Notes under the pieces: model-generated | Told to the model about the DNA's origin: nothing | What the model saw: the letters and a program-made list of their open reading frames with translations, nothing else | The model's database searches: none | Part shown: piece after piece, positions 20,729 to 29,457 of the stretch | Numbering within the stretch: the stretch's first letter is position 1 | How the letters are laid out: each line of letters begins with the position of its first letter | Position numbers and translations under genes: made by a program | Assembly: GCA_944327625.1 (NCBI GenBank) | Contig: CALVHL010000025.1 | Location: forward strand, 19,648 to 83,647 | Origin: an uncultured Clostridia bacterium | GTDB lineage: Bacteria > Bacillota > Clostridia > Christensenellales > Borkfalkiaceae | Direction: 5' to 3' | DNA: 64,000 nt

Positions 20729-22171
20729 TTACCCGACGCGCTTTCTGACGAGCTTATACAATAGTACCGAGGCGACGACTATTATCGCAATGCCGATTAC
20801 GGCGACCGCGACGAGCACGACGACGAGCACGGCGAAAAAGCCCGAACCGCCGTAACCCGTCCTTTCAGGCTGACTTACCGAGCAGAGCGCAAAGGTCAGT
20901 TCGCCCTCGGGCAGCCCGCTTATCTCCGTCCGATAGCCGCCCGACACGCTTTCGAGCGTCACGTTGTCAGAAGTATAGCTATCCTGAATGTAGTAGGGCG
21001 TATTTATGACAATTTCCAGCTCGCCGAAGTCCGCCCAGCTCTTGGCAGGCGAGAGGTAATAGACGTATTCATATATATACGGTTTATAGTTGAAATGTAT
21101 GGTAGGATAGAGCAGAGCGGTCACCGAATTTGTGAACGATGAATTGGGCGCAACGCTCGTCTCGTAGACGTACCACGAGGTGAACAGGTAGGGAACGAGG
21201 ATAATATCGTGACTGCTCCCCGCTATCTTGTCGTCCGAAAGGTTGCCGACGGCGGCATTGTACCAGTCGGTGCGGCTTATTCCGTACTCCTCGTCGTACC
21301 CCGAAAATATCAGCTCGCCGAGCGTAGTCGAACTGCTCTTAAAGATTATGTCGGCGTCTATCACTACGTGTTCGCCCGCTCTGTCCGAATAGGACGAGGC
21401 TATCCACCCCCACTCGACGACGGGGACGTCGTCGCCCAGCACGTACACGTCGACGCTGTCGCCGCTCGTCATTACGTTCCATACAGTCGCGGACGAGCCG
21501 CTGCCGCCGAACGGCCCGACAAGCCGCGTGCCGTCGCCCGTCGCGGGCAGGCTGTCCAGCCTTAACGCCGCATAGTCGGACATTCCCCGCCCGACCTCAT
21601 ATTCCAGAGTTATCGTATAGACAGTCACGGGCAGATCTGCGCTGTAAAAGTCGTCCTCGATAACCCCGTCGAGTATTTTTCTTACGTCGGTCTCGAAATC
21701 GGTATATTGGCTGTAAGTGTGCCGTATCTGATAATCGGCGGGCGAGCCGTCAATACAGACGGGGGTAATTTCCGCCTCGGTCAGCTCTCTTTCGTAGTAC
21801 GGGTTGGACGCGAACGGGAACGCCATCTGCGTGGTGACGTATTCGGCGGTCGGGTTATAGAAGGTATATTCGGCGGTGACGCGCGCGTCGTATTCCTGCC
21901 CGTCGTCCAACTCGTCGGGCAATGCCGTGATATTGAAAGTCAGAAGCTCGCTTTTGACTTCGAGCACGCTGTCTTCGTGCACGGAATACACTCCCTCGGC
22001 GGTCACGCCCATTTCCCACGGCGCGCCGGAGTTGGCGCTTGCCGAAAGGGTGCGCGGAGCAGCCATGCCCGACAGGAGCAGGGCGAAGATAAAGACAGCC
22101 CCGCCCGCCGCGGCGACAGCCGCGCGGAAAAAGGTAGATTTTGCGCCGTTTTTATGGTTAAGCGTCCTCAT
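20729..22171 (-). CDS. hypothetical secreted/membrane-anchored protein, paralog of 19301-20695
   Basis: The ATG at 22169-22171 is 6 nt after GGAGG, so the track's extension to 22606 is rejected. It has a signal peptide and a C-terminal TM helix plus KLVRKRVG. Shared segments: LSIQYALYNQGDESVTEQLAVP versus VTAEYTFYNPTAEYVTTQMAFP, and an F(S/A)LC motif near the anchor. Confidence 0.65.
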   Translation of the reverse strand: MRTLNHKNGAKSTFFRAAVAAAGGAVFIFALLLSGMAAPRTLSASANSGAPWEMGVTAEGVYSVHEDSVLEVKSELLTFNITALPDELDDGQEYDARVTAEYTFYNPTAEYVTTQMAFPFASNPYYERELTEAEITPVCIDGSPADYQIRHTYSQYTDFETDVRKILDGVIEDDFYSADLPVTVYTITLEYEVGRGMSDYAALRLDSLPATGDGTRLVGPFGGSGSSATVWNVMTSGDSVDVYVLGDDVPVVEWGWIASSYSDRAGEHVVIDADIIFKSSSTTLGELIFSGYDEEYGISRTDWYNAAVGNLSDDKIAGSSHDIILVPYLFTSWYVYETSVAPNSSFTNSVTALLYPTIHFNYKPYIYEYVYYLSPAKSWADFGELEIVINTPYYIQDSYTSDNVTLESVSGGYRTEISGLPEGELTFALCSVSQPERTGYGGSGFFAVLVVVLVAVAVIGIAIIVVASVLLYKLVRKRVG

Positions 22172-22642
22172 ATTATGCCTCCTCTCTCCCCGCGTTTTTC
22201 CATTGCCCTGCCGCAGACCTAAGCCTAACTGCCCCGACGGAATTGCCGCCGCCCTTTTGCCCGTTTGCCGAGCTTGCGCTCCGCCGCATTGCCGCCGAAT
22301 TGCCTCAATTTTATGAGGTTTGCGCCGACTGACACGAAAAAGTTGCGGGTATTTTCTTAACTCAACAGTAGGAATTTCGCCCTTAAATGTTACGGCGGCA
22401 ACCGCAACTTCTATAAAATTGTACCACTTTCGGGCGTATTTTGTCAATAACCGCGCCATATTCTGCCCCCTTACAGAATTGTAAGATAAGCTTATCGAGG
22501 TTTGCCGACAGTAAAACGGGGCGATGCGCTTGCCGAACCGCTCCCCTCTCCCGTCCAATTGTTGCCGACCGCACTGTGCAATACTGCTGCCCGTCACTAT
22601 CGGCACTCCTGCACTACTCCCGCACTATCGCCGCAAAATGCG

Positions 22643-22680
22643 CAAAAAAAAGAGTTACCGCGAAAACGCGATAACTCTTT
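22643..22680 (-). terminator. rho-independent terminator of tuf
   Basis: The minus strand reads agagttatcgcg-tttt-cgcggtaactct followed by tttttttt. Confidence 0.85.
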
Positions 22681-22697
22681 TGAAGTTTTTAAGTCAA

Positions 22698-23918
22698 TTA
22701 GCCAAGAATCTTGGAAACGACGCCGGAACCAACCGTTCTGCCGCCTTCGCGGATAGCGAACTTGAGCTTTTCTTCAACTGCAACGGGCTTGATGAGCTCG
22801 ACAGTGATGGTGACGTGGTCGCCGGGCATAACCATTTCGGTGCCTTCGGGAAGGTTGATCGAACCGGTTACGTCGGTCGTTCTGATGAAGAACTGAGGAC
22901 GATAGTGGTTGAAGAAAGGAGTGTGACGTCCGCCTTCCTCTGCTTTAAGAACGTAAACCTGAGCTTCAAACTTGGTTGCGGTCTTAACGGTGCCGGGCTT
23001 AGCGAGAACCTGTCCCTTTTCGATACCCTTCCTGTCGATACCACGAAGGAGTGCGCCGATGTTGTAGCCTGCGATAGCTTCGTCAACGCTCTTGTGGAAC
23101 ATTTCGAGACCGGTGATGGTCGTGCCGACGGGCTTGTCGATAAGGCCAACGATTTCTGCGGGATCGCCGACGTGAGCTACGCCTCTCTCTACACGACCGG
23201 TAGCAACGGTGCCACGGCCGGAGATGGTGAATACGTCCTCGACGGGAAGAAGGAAGGGCTTATCGGTGTCTCTCTGAGGGGTAGGAATATACTCGTCGAT
23301 GATGTTCATGAGCTCAAGAATGCACTGGCATTCGGGAGCTGCAAGAACCTCTGCATCGGAAGCGCCGGAGGTAGCCTTTTCAAGTGCTTTGAGTGCGGAA
23401 CCACGGATGATGGGGGTGGTGTCGCCGGGGAAGCCATAGCTCGAAAGGGTGTCTCTGATTTCCATTTCAACGAGTTCGAGAAGTTCGGGATCGTCCATCT
23501 GGTCGCACTTGTTGAGGAATACTACGATGTAGGGAACGCCAACCTGACGGGCAAGGAGAATGTGCTCCTTGGTCTGGGGCATGGGACCGTCGGTTGCTGC
23601 AACGACGAGGATTGCGCCGTCCATCTGAGCTGCGCCGGTGATCATGTTCTTGACATAGTCAGCGTGGCCCGGGCAGTCAACGTGTGCATAGTGACGCTTG
23701 CCGGTTTCATACTCTACGTGAGCGGTGTTTATTGTGATACCACGAGCCTTCTCTTCGGGAGCCTTATCGATTTCGTCGTATCTCATCTTCTGTGCCTGAC
23801 CCTTGCATGCCATAACCATTGTGATAGCTGCGGTCAGAGTGGTCTTGCCGTGGTCAACGTGGCCGATAGTGCCGATGTTAACGTGGGGCTTGCTGTTGTC
23901 GTACTTAGCCTTTGCCAT
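22698..23918 (-). CDS. tuf: translation elongation factor Tu
   Basis: [17 protein letters not shown] and NKCD G-motifs. 406 aa. Confidence 0.98.
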   Translation of the reverse strand: MAKAKYDNSKPHVNIGTIGHVDHGKTTLTAAITMVMACKGQAQKMRYDEIDKAPEEKARGITINTAHVEYETGKRHYAHVDCPGHADYVKNMITGAAQMDGAILVVAATDGPMPQTKEHILLARQVGVPYIVVFLNKCDQMDDPELLELVEMEIRDTLSSYGFPGDTTPIIRGSALKALEKATSGASDAEVLAAPECQCILELMNIIDEYIPTPQRDTDKPFLLPVEDVFTISGRGTVATGRVERGVAHVGDPAEIVGLIDKPVGTTITGLEMFHKSVDEAIAGYNIGALLRGIDRKGIEKGQVLAKPGTVKTATKFEAQVYVLKAEEGGRHTPFFNHYRPQFFIRTTDVTGSINLPEGTEMVMPGDHVTITVELIKPVAVEEKLKFAIREGGRTVGSGVVSKILG

Positions 23919-24032
23919 TTTAATTTCTCCTATTATTTTTTATAAAATGATAACTTACGCCTTGTAAGGCGTCGCAGCTATCCTTACGTCAATTTGGGGC
24001 TGCAATAATTTTTCGCCTAATGCGTTAAAATT

Positions 24033-24061
24033 ATTATATATTAAAAATTTTAAAAACACAA
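24033..24061 (-). promoter_or_regulatory. candidate tuf-proximal sigma-A promoter
   Basis: The minus strand reads TTGTGT-N17-TATAAT. The region is AT-rich, so this could be a chance match. Confidence 0.35.
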
Positions 24062-24094
24062 TTATTTTGACGTATGTTTTTAAAATTTTAGCCT

Positions 24095-24864
24095 TTTCGT
24101 AATTTTGTCGCTTAGTGACAGCGACAAAATTGACGAGGCTTAGCGGCTCTGCCGCTCTTGCCGCGACATTTTTTATTGCTCTCGATTATGAGAAGTCGCG
24201 GCAATTCACACCGCTGAGGTCGCAAGCGACTATTTGAGTGCGCTGGCGCAGGGAAACCCTGCTTGCGCCGCTAATTTATGTTTCGTAAATTTGTTTTCTG
24301 GTGACGAAAACAAATTTGACGATTTGAGGGCGTTGCCCTCGGCGGCGCAACCCTCAGCGCTCTCCATTCATTTAGTTGCGCCGCCTTCACCTACTGAGGT
24401 GGCGAAGCCACAAATGTGGTGCGCGGGCGCAAAAGCGTGGTTTTGCTTGCGCCGTTAGTTTTTTGTTTCGTAATTTTGTCGCTTAGTGACAGCGACAAAA
24501 TTGACGAGGCTTAGCGGCTCTGCCGCTCTTGCCGCGACATTTTTTATTGCTCTCGATTATGAGAAGTCGCGGCAATTCACACCGCTGAGGTCGCAAGCGA
24601 CTATTTGAGTGCGCTGGCGCAGGGAAACCCTGCTTGCGCCGCTAATTTATGTTTCGTAAATTTGTTTTCTGGTGACGAAAACAAATTTGACGATTTGAGG
24701 GCGTTGCCCTCGGCGGCGCAACCCTCAGCGCTCTCCATTCATTTAGTTGCTCCGCCTTCACCTACTGCCCGCCCGACGAAGTCGGTCGCACGAAGCGAAA
24801 GCGCAGCAGGTGTAGGTATGCACAAATGATGTGAAAGACCAAAAAGCGTGGTTTTTGGTCTTTC
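24095..24864 (+). repeat. four head-to-tail copies of a ~180-nt multi-hairpin element (E1 24095-24270, E2 24281-24454, E3 24466-24641, E4 24652-24864)
   Basis: 24095-24396 equals 24466-24767 with one mismatch (offset 371 bp). Each copy has the same ordered hairpins, with conserved linkers and different but complementary stems. Details are in the findings. Confidence 0.9.
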
Positions 24865-24920
24865 CGTGAATTATTCGGAAGCAGACCGCCTTAACAGGAA
24901 AATCCTGCTTTATTTATTAC

Positions 24921-27029
24921 TTAGTTATTCTTCTTAGCTCTGTCGCCTATTACCTTGTCGGCTACGGACTTGGGAACTTCGGAATAATGATCGAACTGCA
25001 TAGTGAACTGACCGCGTCCCTGAGTTCTCGAACGGAGGTCGGTAGCATAGCCGAACATCTCTGCAAGAGGAACTTCTGCGTCGACTACCTTTGCGCCTGC
25101 CCTGTCATCGGTGGAGATGATGGTGCCGCGCCTTGCGGTTACGTTACCCATTATATCGCCGAAATAATCGTCGGGGGTGATGACCTCTACCTTCATTATG
25201 GGCTCGAGGAGTACGGGCTTAGCCCTGGTCATGCCGTCCTTGAACGCCATAGAGCCTGCGATCTGGAATGCCATTTCGGACGAGTCGACCTCGTGATAGC
25301 TTCCGTCGTAAACCTGTACCTTGAAGTCTACCATTTCATAGCCTGCAAGGAAGCCGTTCTTTGCCGCGCCCTGAATACCCTTGTCGATTGCGGGGATATA
25401 TTCCTTGGGAATAGAGCCGCCGACGGTGAGGTCTTCAAACGAATATCCGCTGCCGGGTTCGCCGGGAATGAGGTGAATTTTGCAGTGACCGTACTGACCT
25501 TTACCACCCGACTGACGCTTGTACATACCCTCTGCGTCGCAAGCCTGACGGAACGTCTCTCTGTATGCAACTTGGGGTGCGCCGACGTTTGCCTCTACCT
25601 TGAATTCGCGCAGAAGTCTGTCGACGATGATGTCGAGGTGAAGTTCGCCCATGCCCGCGATGATGGTCTGTCCCGTTTCCTGATCGGTGTAGGTCTTGAA
25701 CGTGGGATCTTCTTCGGCGAGCTTGATGAGCGCCATGGTCATCTTCTCCTGACCTGCCTTGGTCTTGGGCTCTATCGAGAGCTGAATGACGGGATCGGAG
25801 AAGGTCATCTGTTCGAGTATTATAGGATGAGCTTCGTCGCAGAGCGTGTCACCCGTCGTCGTGTCTTTAAGACCGACTATCGCACAGATGTCGCCCGAAT
25901 AGATTTCGGGGATTTCCATACGGGTATTGGCGTGCATCTGCACGAGACGGCCAACCCTCTCCTTCTTGCCCTTCGTGGAGTTGTACACGTAGGAACCTGC
26001 GGAGAGCTTGCCGGAATAAGCTCTGAAATATGCAAGACGGCCGACGAAGGGATCGGTTGCGATCTTGAATGCGAGACCTGCGAAGGGTTCGTCGTCGGAG
26101 GTCTTTCTCTCCTCCTCTGCGCCCGTGTCGGGGTTTACACCCTTTACGTGGTCTACGTCGACGGGGGAAGGCAGATAGTCGATGACTGCGTCGAGCAGCA
26201 TCTGAACGCCCTTGTTCTTATAGGAAGAACCGCAGAGCACGGGGGTTGCCTTCATTGCTATGGTAGCCTTGCGAAGTCCCTGACGGATTTCGTCGGGGGT
26301 GAGCTCCATGGTGTCGAGGAACTTCATCATGAGTTCGTCGTCGCCCTCTGCCGCAGCCTCCATTACTGCAAGGTGCGCTTCTTCGGCGGCAGCCTTCATA
26401 TCCTCGGGAATTTCTGCCCTGTGGTACTGCTTGCCGTCGTCGCTGTCGTATATTTCGGCATTCATCTCGATGAGGTCGACGATGCCTCTGAAAGTATCTT
26501 CCTTACCGATGGGAAGTTCGATGGGAACGGGGTTGGCGTTGAGCCTCTCCTTCATCATCTTGACGGCCCTTTCAAAGTTAGCGCCGTTGATGTCCATCTT
26601 GTTGACGTAAGCTATGCGGGGAACCTTGTACTTGTCCGCCTGACGCCATACGGTTTCGGACTGGGGCTCGACGCCGCCCTTAGCGCAGAAGGTTGCGACC
26701 GCGCCGTCGAGTACGCGGAGCGAACGCTCGACCTCAACGGTGAAGTCGACGTGGCCCGGGGTATCGATGATGTTGATGCGGCATTCGTCCTTCTTGGTTG
26801 CGCCCGACCTCGTCCAATGGCAGGTGGTTGCAGCCGAAGTTATGGTAATGCCTCTCTCCTGCTCCTGAACCATCCAGTCCATCGTCGCGGTGCCGTCGTG
26901 CGTTTCGCCTATCTTATGGTTAATACCGGTATAGTAGAGTATACGCTCGGTCGTCGTCGTCTTGCCGGCGTCGATGTGCGCCATTATACCGATATTTCTG
27001 GTATGCAATAAATCGTATTCTCTTGCCAT
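24921..27029 (-). CDS. fusA: translation elongation factor G
   Basis: [17 protein letters not shown] and NKMD motifs. 702 aa. Confidence 0.98.
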   Translation of the reverse strand: MAREYDLLHTRNIGIMAHIDAGKTTTTERILYYTGINHKIGETHDGTATMDWMVQEQERGITITSAATTCHWTRSGATKKDECRINIIDTPGHVDFTVEVERSLRVLDGAVATFCAKGGVEPQSETVWRQADKYKVPRIAYVNKMDINGANFERAVKMMKERLNANPVPIELPIGKEDTFRGIVDLIEMNAEIYDSDDGKQYHRAEIPEDMKAAAEEAHLAVMEAAAEGDDELMMKFLDTMELTPDEIRQGLRKATIAMKATPVLCGSSYKNKGVQMLLDAVIDYLPSPVDVDHVKGVNPDTGAEEERKTSDDEPFAGLAFKIATDPFVGRLAYFRAYSGKLSAGSYVYNSTKGKKERVGRLVQMHANTRMEIPEIYSGDICAIVGLKDTTTGDTLCDEAHPIILEQMTFSDPVIQLSIEPKTKAGQEKMTMALIKLAEEDPTFKTYTDQETGQTIIAGMGELHLDIIVDRLLREFKVEANVGAPQVAYRETFRQACDAEGMYKRQSGGKGQYGHCKIHLIPGEPGSGYSFEDLTVGGSIPKEYIPAIDKGIQGAAKNGFLAGYEMVDFKVQVYDGSYHEVDSSEMAFQIAGSMAFKDGMTRAKPVLLEPIMKVEVITPDDYFGDIMGNVTARRGTIISTDDRAGAKVVDAEVPLAEMFGYATDLRSRTQGRGQFTMQFDHYSEVPKSVADKVIGDRAKKNN

Positions 27030-27041
27030 AGTTTACCTCAA

Positions 27042-27512
27042 TTAGAAACGGAAGTGAGCAAACGCCTTGTTTGCCTCTGCCATTCTGTGGGTATCTTCCT
27101 TCTTCTTTACCGCGCCGCCTGCGTTGTTGTACGCATCCATGAGTTCTGCGGCGAGCTTAGCGCTCATATCTCTTTCGGAACGCTTCCTCGTGCTGATGAC
27201 GAGCCAGCGGATAGCGAGAGTCTGACGGCGTTCGGGCCTGATTTCCATGGGCACCTGATAGTTTGCGCCGCCTACGCGCTTAGCCTTTACTTCGAGTACG
27301 GGCATGATGTTGTTGAGCGCCTGGTTGAATACGTCCATGGGCTCCTGTCCGAGCTTCTCGCTCGCGATTTTGAGTGCATCATAGACGATAGTCTGTGCCG
27401 TGCCGCGCTTGCCGTCATACATTATCTGGTTTACAAGCTTGGTGATTACCTTGCTGTTGTACACGGGATCGGGTAATACATCCCTCTTGGGGACGCTTCC
27501 TCTTCTGGGCAT
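27042..27512 (-). CDS. rpsG: 30S ribosomal protein S7
   Basis: 156 aa starting [20 protein letters not shown]... RBS AAGGAGG. Confidence 0.97.
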   Translation of the reverse strand: MPRRGSVPKRDVLPDPVYNSKVITKLVNQIMYDGKRGTAQTIVYDALKIASEKLGQEPMDVFNQALNNIMPVLEVKAKRVGGANYQVPMEIRPERRQTLAIRWLVISTRKRSERDMSAKLAAELMDAYNNAGGAVKKKEDTHRMAEANKAFAHFRF

Positions 27513-27680
27513 AATGTTATCCTCCTTCTGAATTTTTAAGGGTTAGACCTTAAATAAGCTATTGCTTGCCCCGCGCAAAAGTTTTTTCGGGGTAGCAAAT
27601 CTTCTCCGCAACGCAGTTGCGAATACTGCCTACTTTTATCGGCTAAGGGTAGATATATTCCGAAACAAGTAGGGTGTCTG

Positions 27681-27908
27681 TTTCGTAAATTTGTTTTCCG
27701 GTGACGAAAACAAATTTGACGAGTTTTGGAGGCTCTGCCTCCCTGCCCTCAATTATAAGGGCTCTCGCATTGCTCAATTGAGGGCATTCCCTCCGCTGAG
27801 GCGCAGGTATGCGCTGATTGAGTGCGCTGGCGCAAAATAGCGATTTTGCTTGCGCCGTGATTACTTTTCAGAAATGTTTGCGCATCTTAGCAAACAAAAT
27901 TTACGAAA
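27681..27908 (+). repeat. fifth copy of the multi-hairpin element (27681-27857) plus an inverted copy of its first module (27877-27908)
   Basis: The module order matches 24095-24270, but every stem sequence is different and complementary. The terminal TTTCGTAAATTTTG / CAAAATTTACGAAA pair forms inverted ends. Confidence 0.85.
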
Positions 27909-27915
27909 GTAGTTT

Positions 27916-28290
27916 TTAGGACTTAGGACGCTTTGCACCGTAACGCGAACGGGCCTGCTTTCTCTTGGAAACGCCTGCCGTATCGAGTGCGCCGCGCACG
28001 ATGTGGTAACGAACGCCGGGGAGGTCCTTAACTCTGCCGCCGCGGATGAGGACGGACGAGTGCTCCTGAAGGTTGTGGCCTTCGCCGGGAATATATACGG
28101 TACCTTCCTGCTTATTGGTAAGTCTTACCCTCGCGATCTTTCTGATTGCGGAGTTAGGCTTCTTGGGCGTCGTAGTGGTAACCGAGAGGCAGACGCCGCG
28201 CTTCTGGGGACAGTTGTCCAGAATGGGCGACTTGCTCTTGTATACCTGCTTTTCTCTGCCGTGCTTTATAAGCTGATTGATTGTGGGCAT
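27916..28290 (-). CDS. rpsL: 30S ribosomal protein S12
   Basis: 124 aa starting [14 protein letters not shown]... RBS AAGGAGGAG. Confidence 0.97.
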   Translation of the reverse strand: MPTINQLIKHGREKQVYKSKSPILDNCPQKRGVCLSVTTTTPKKPNSAIRKIARVRLTNKQEGTVYIPGEGHNLQEHSSVLIRGGRVKDLPGVRYHIVRGALDTAGVSKRKQARSRYGAKRPKS

Positions 28291-28451
28291 TTAATGCTCC
28301 TCCTTGCTTTACTCGACCGAATGTCGGTCTGTGGAATATATCCTGCCCGTCGTATTTACCCTTAAAAACACGATGGATAGAAATCAATAAAATAAATCGT
28401 TCAGATGAGCGGTTAAGCATAACAACCCAAATTAACGATTGAGCAAAAGCT

Positions 28452-28480
28452 ATTCTATCAAATGCCGACGCAATTGTCAA
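28452..28480 (-). promoter_or_regulatory. sigma-A promoter of the str operon
   Basis: The minus strand reads TTGACA-N17-TAGAAT, about 160 nt upstream of rpsL. Confidence 0.6.
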
Positions 28481-28612
28481 CGATTTTAAGCGATTTTTTT
28501 ATTTATGCCCGCTTATCGACATTTTTATCGGCTTTTTTCATAATTATAATATATTATCGCGCCGAAAACGGTCGCAATTGCGGCGGCGGGCGAGATTATT
28601 CCGCCGTTATGC

Positions 28613-28641
28613 TTGCCAAGCGCGGCGGGTTATGGTAGAAT
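28613..28641 (+). promoter_or_regulatory. candidate extended -10 promoter of pnuC
   Basis: TTGCCA-N17-(TGg)TAGAAT. The -10 element ends 7 nt before the pnuC ATG. Confidence 0.45.
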
Positions 28642-28648
28642 ATGCGCT

Positions 28649-29362
28649 ATGTTAAGGAAAATTTTAAAGTACTTCACCCCGTTCGAGTGGACGCTCTGGC
28701 TGGGCGGAATGACGGTAATACTCATCAGCTTTTTCGTCGGGCAGGACAAAAACCTGCTCTCGCTCTTTTCCTCGCTGTTCGGCGTAACGCTCATAATCTT
28801 CAACGCCAAGGGCAACGTCTGGGGGCAGGTGTTCGCCATAGTCTTTTCCGTGCTGTACGGCATACTCGCCTACACCAAGGCGTACTACGGCGAAATGCTC
28901 ATCTATTTCGTCCTGATGCTGCCCATACATATCGCCAGCATAATAATCTGGGTTAAAAACCAGAACAGCGACGCCAAACACCTCGAAGTAAAGATAAACA
29001 CGCTTTCGGCGACGGAATACGCCATAGCCGCACTCTGCACGGCGGTTGCGACGGTGGCGTTCTATTTCCTGCTCGACGTCATGGGCACGGACAACCTGAT
29101 AGTGTCGACGATATCGCTCGTCACCTCGCTTGCGGCGGCATACCTCATGTTGCGGCGCTGCGAATATTTTTCGATCTGCTTCGTACTCAACGACGTAATT
29201 TTAATAATACTGTGGTCGCTGAAACTTTCGACCGACGGCATAGCCGTCCTGCCGAGCGTTATCTGCTTTTCGATATTCCTCATCGACGACGCATATTGCT
29301 TCATAAGCTGGCGCAAACTCAAATACAGCCAGCGCGCGCCCAAGCCCGAAAGCGCGGCTTAA
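28649..29362 (+). CDS. pnuC: nicotinamide riboside transporter PnuC family
   Basis: A 7-8 TM protein of PnuC-like length and sequence character (FEWTLWLGG..., NAKGNVWGQ...). Family assignment is by resemblance. I chose the ATG at 28649; the track start at 28613 is a non-ATG codon inside the promoter. Confidence 0.7.
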   Translation: MLRKILKYFTPFEWTLWLGGMTVILISFFVGQDKNLLSLFSSLFGVTLIIFNAKGNVWGQVFAIVFSVLYGILAYTKAYYGEMLIYFVLMLPIHIASIIIWVKNQNSDAKHLEVKINTLSATEYAIAALCTAVATVAFYFLLDVMGTDNLIVSTISLVTSLAAAYLMLRRCEYFSICFVLNDVILIILWSLKLSTDGIAVLPSVICFSIFLIDDAYCFISWRKLKYSQRAPKPESAA

Positions 29363-29406
29363 ATTGCGTTATCTGCGGCATATATGCGGGGCAATTTAAT
29401 AAAGGC

Positions 29407-29455
29407 GGCGCGGCGTTCCCAAATTTTGCGGAACGCCGCGCCTTTATTTTTTTTA
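29407..29455. terminator. bidirectional terminator between the convergent pnuC and recG genes
   Basis: The stem-loop is ggcgcggcgttcc-caaattttgc-ggaacgccgcgcc, followed by tttatttttttt. Confidence 0.8.
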
Positions 29456-29457
29456 GT

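Noticed and set aside
22172-22606. 145-codon N-terminal extension of the 20729 ORF.
   Set aside because: The extension is Arg/Gly/Gln-rich nonsense. The internal ATG at 22169-22171 has a GGAGG RBS and is followed by a signal peptide.
22524-23945. 473-aa + strand ORF across tuf.
   Set aside because: It is antisense to EF-Tu, whose identity is unambiguous.
24234-24829. Two 74-aa + ORFs (24234-24458 and 24605-24829) sharing their first 54 residues.
   Set aside because: The identity is a by-product of the 371-bp DNA duplication inside the hairpin-element array. They have TTG starts, no RBS, and sequence dominated by palindromic stems. They are not coding.
24095-24864. Interpretation of the multi-hairpin elements as integron attC sites or as simple IS-derived MITEs.
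   Set aside because: For attC: there are no cassette ORFs, no intI gene and no GTTRRRY/RYYYAAC core pairs at the unit ends. For a plain MITE: copies would share stem sequence, but here stems differ while remaining complementary. The MITE/REP idea is not fully excluded (see the inverted ends at 27681/27908) and is listed as a refutation path.
24987-27011. 674-aa + strand ORF across fusA.
   Set aside because: It is antisense to EF-G.
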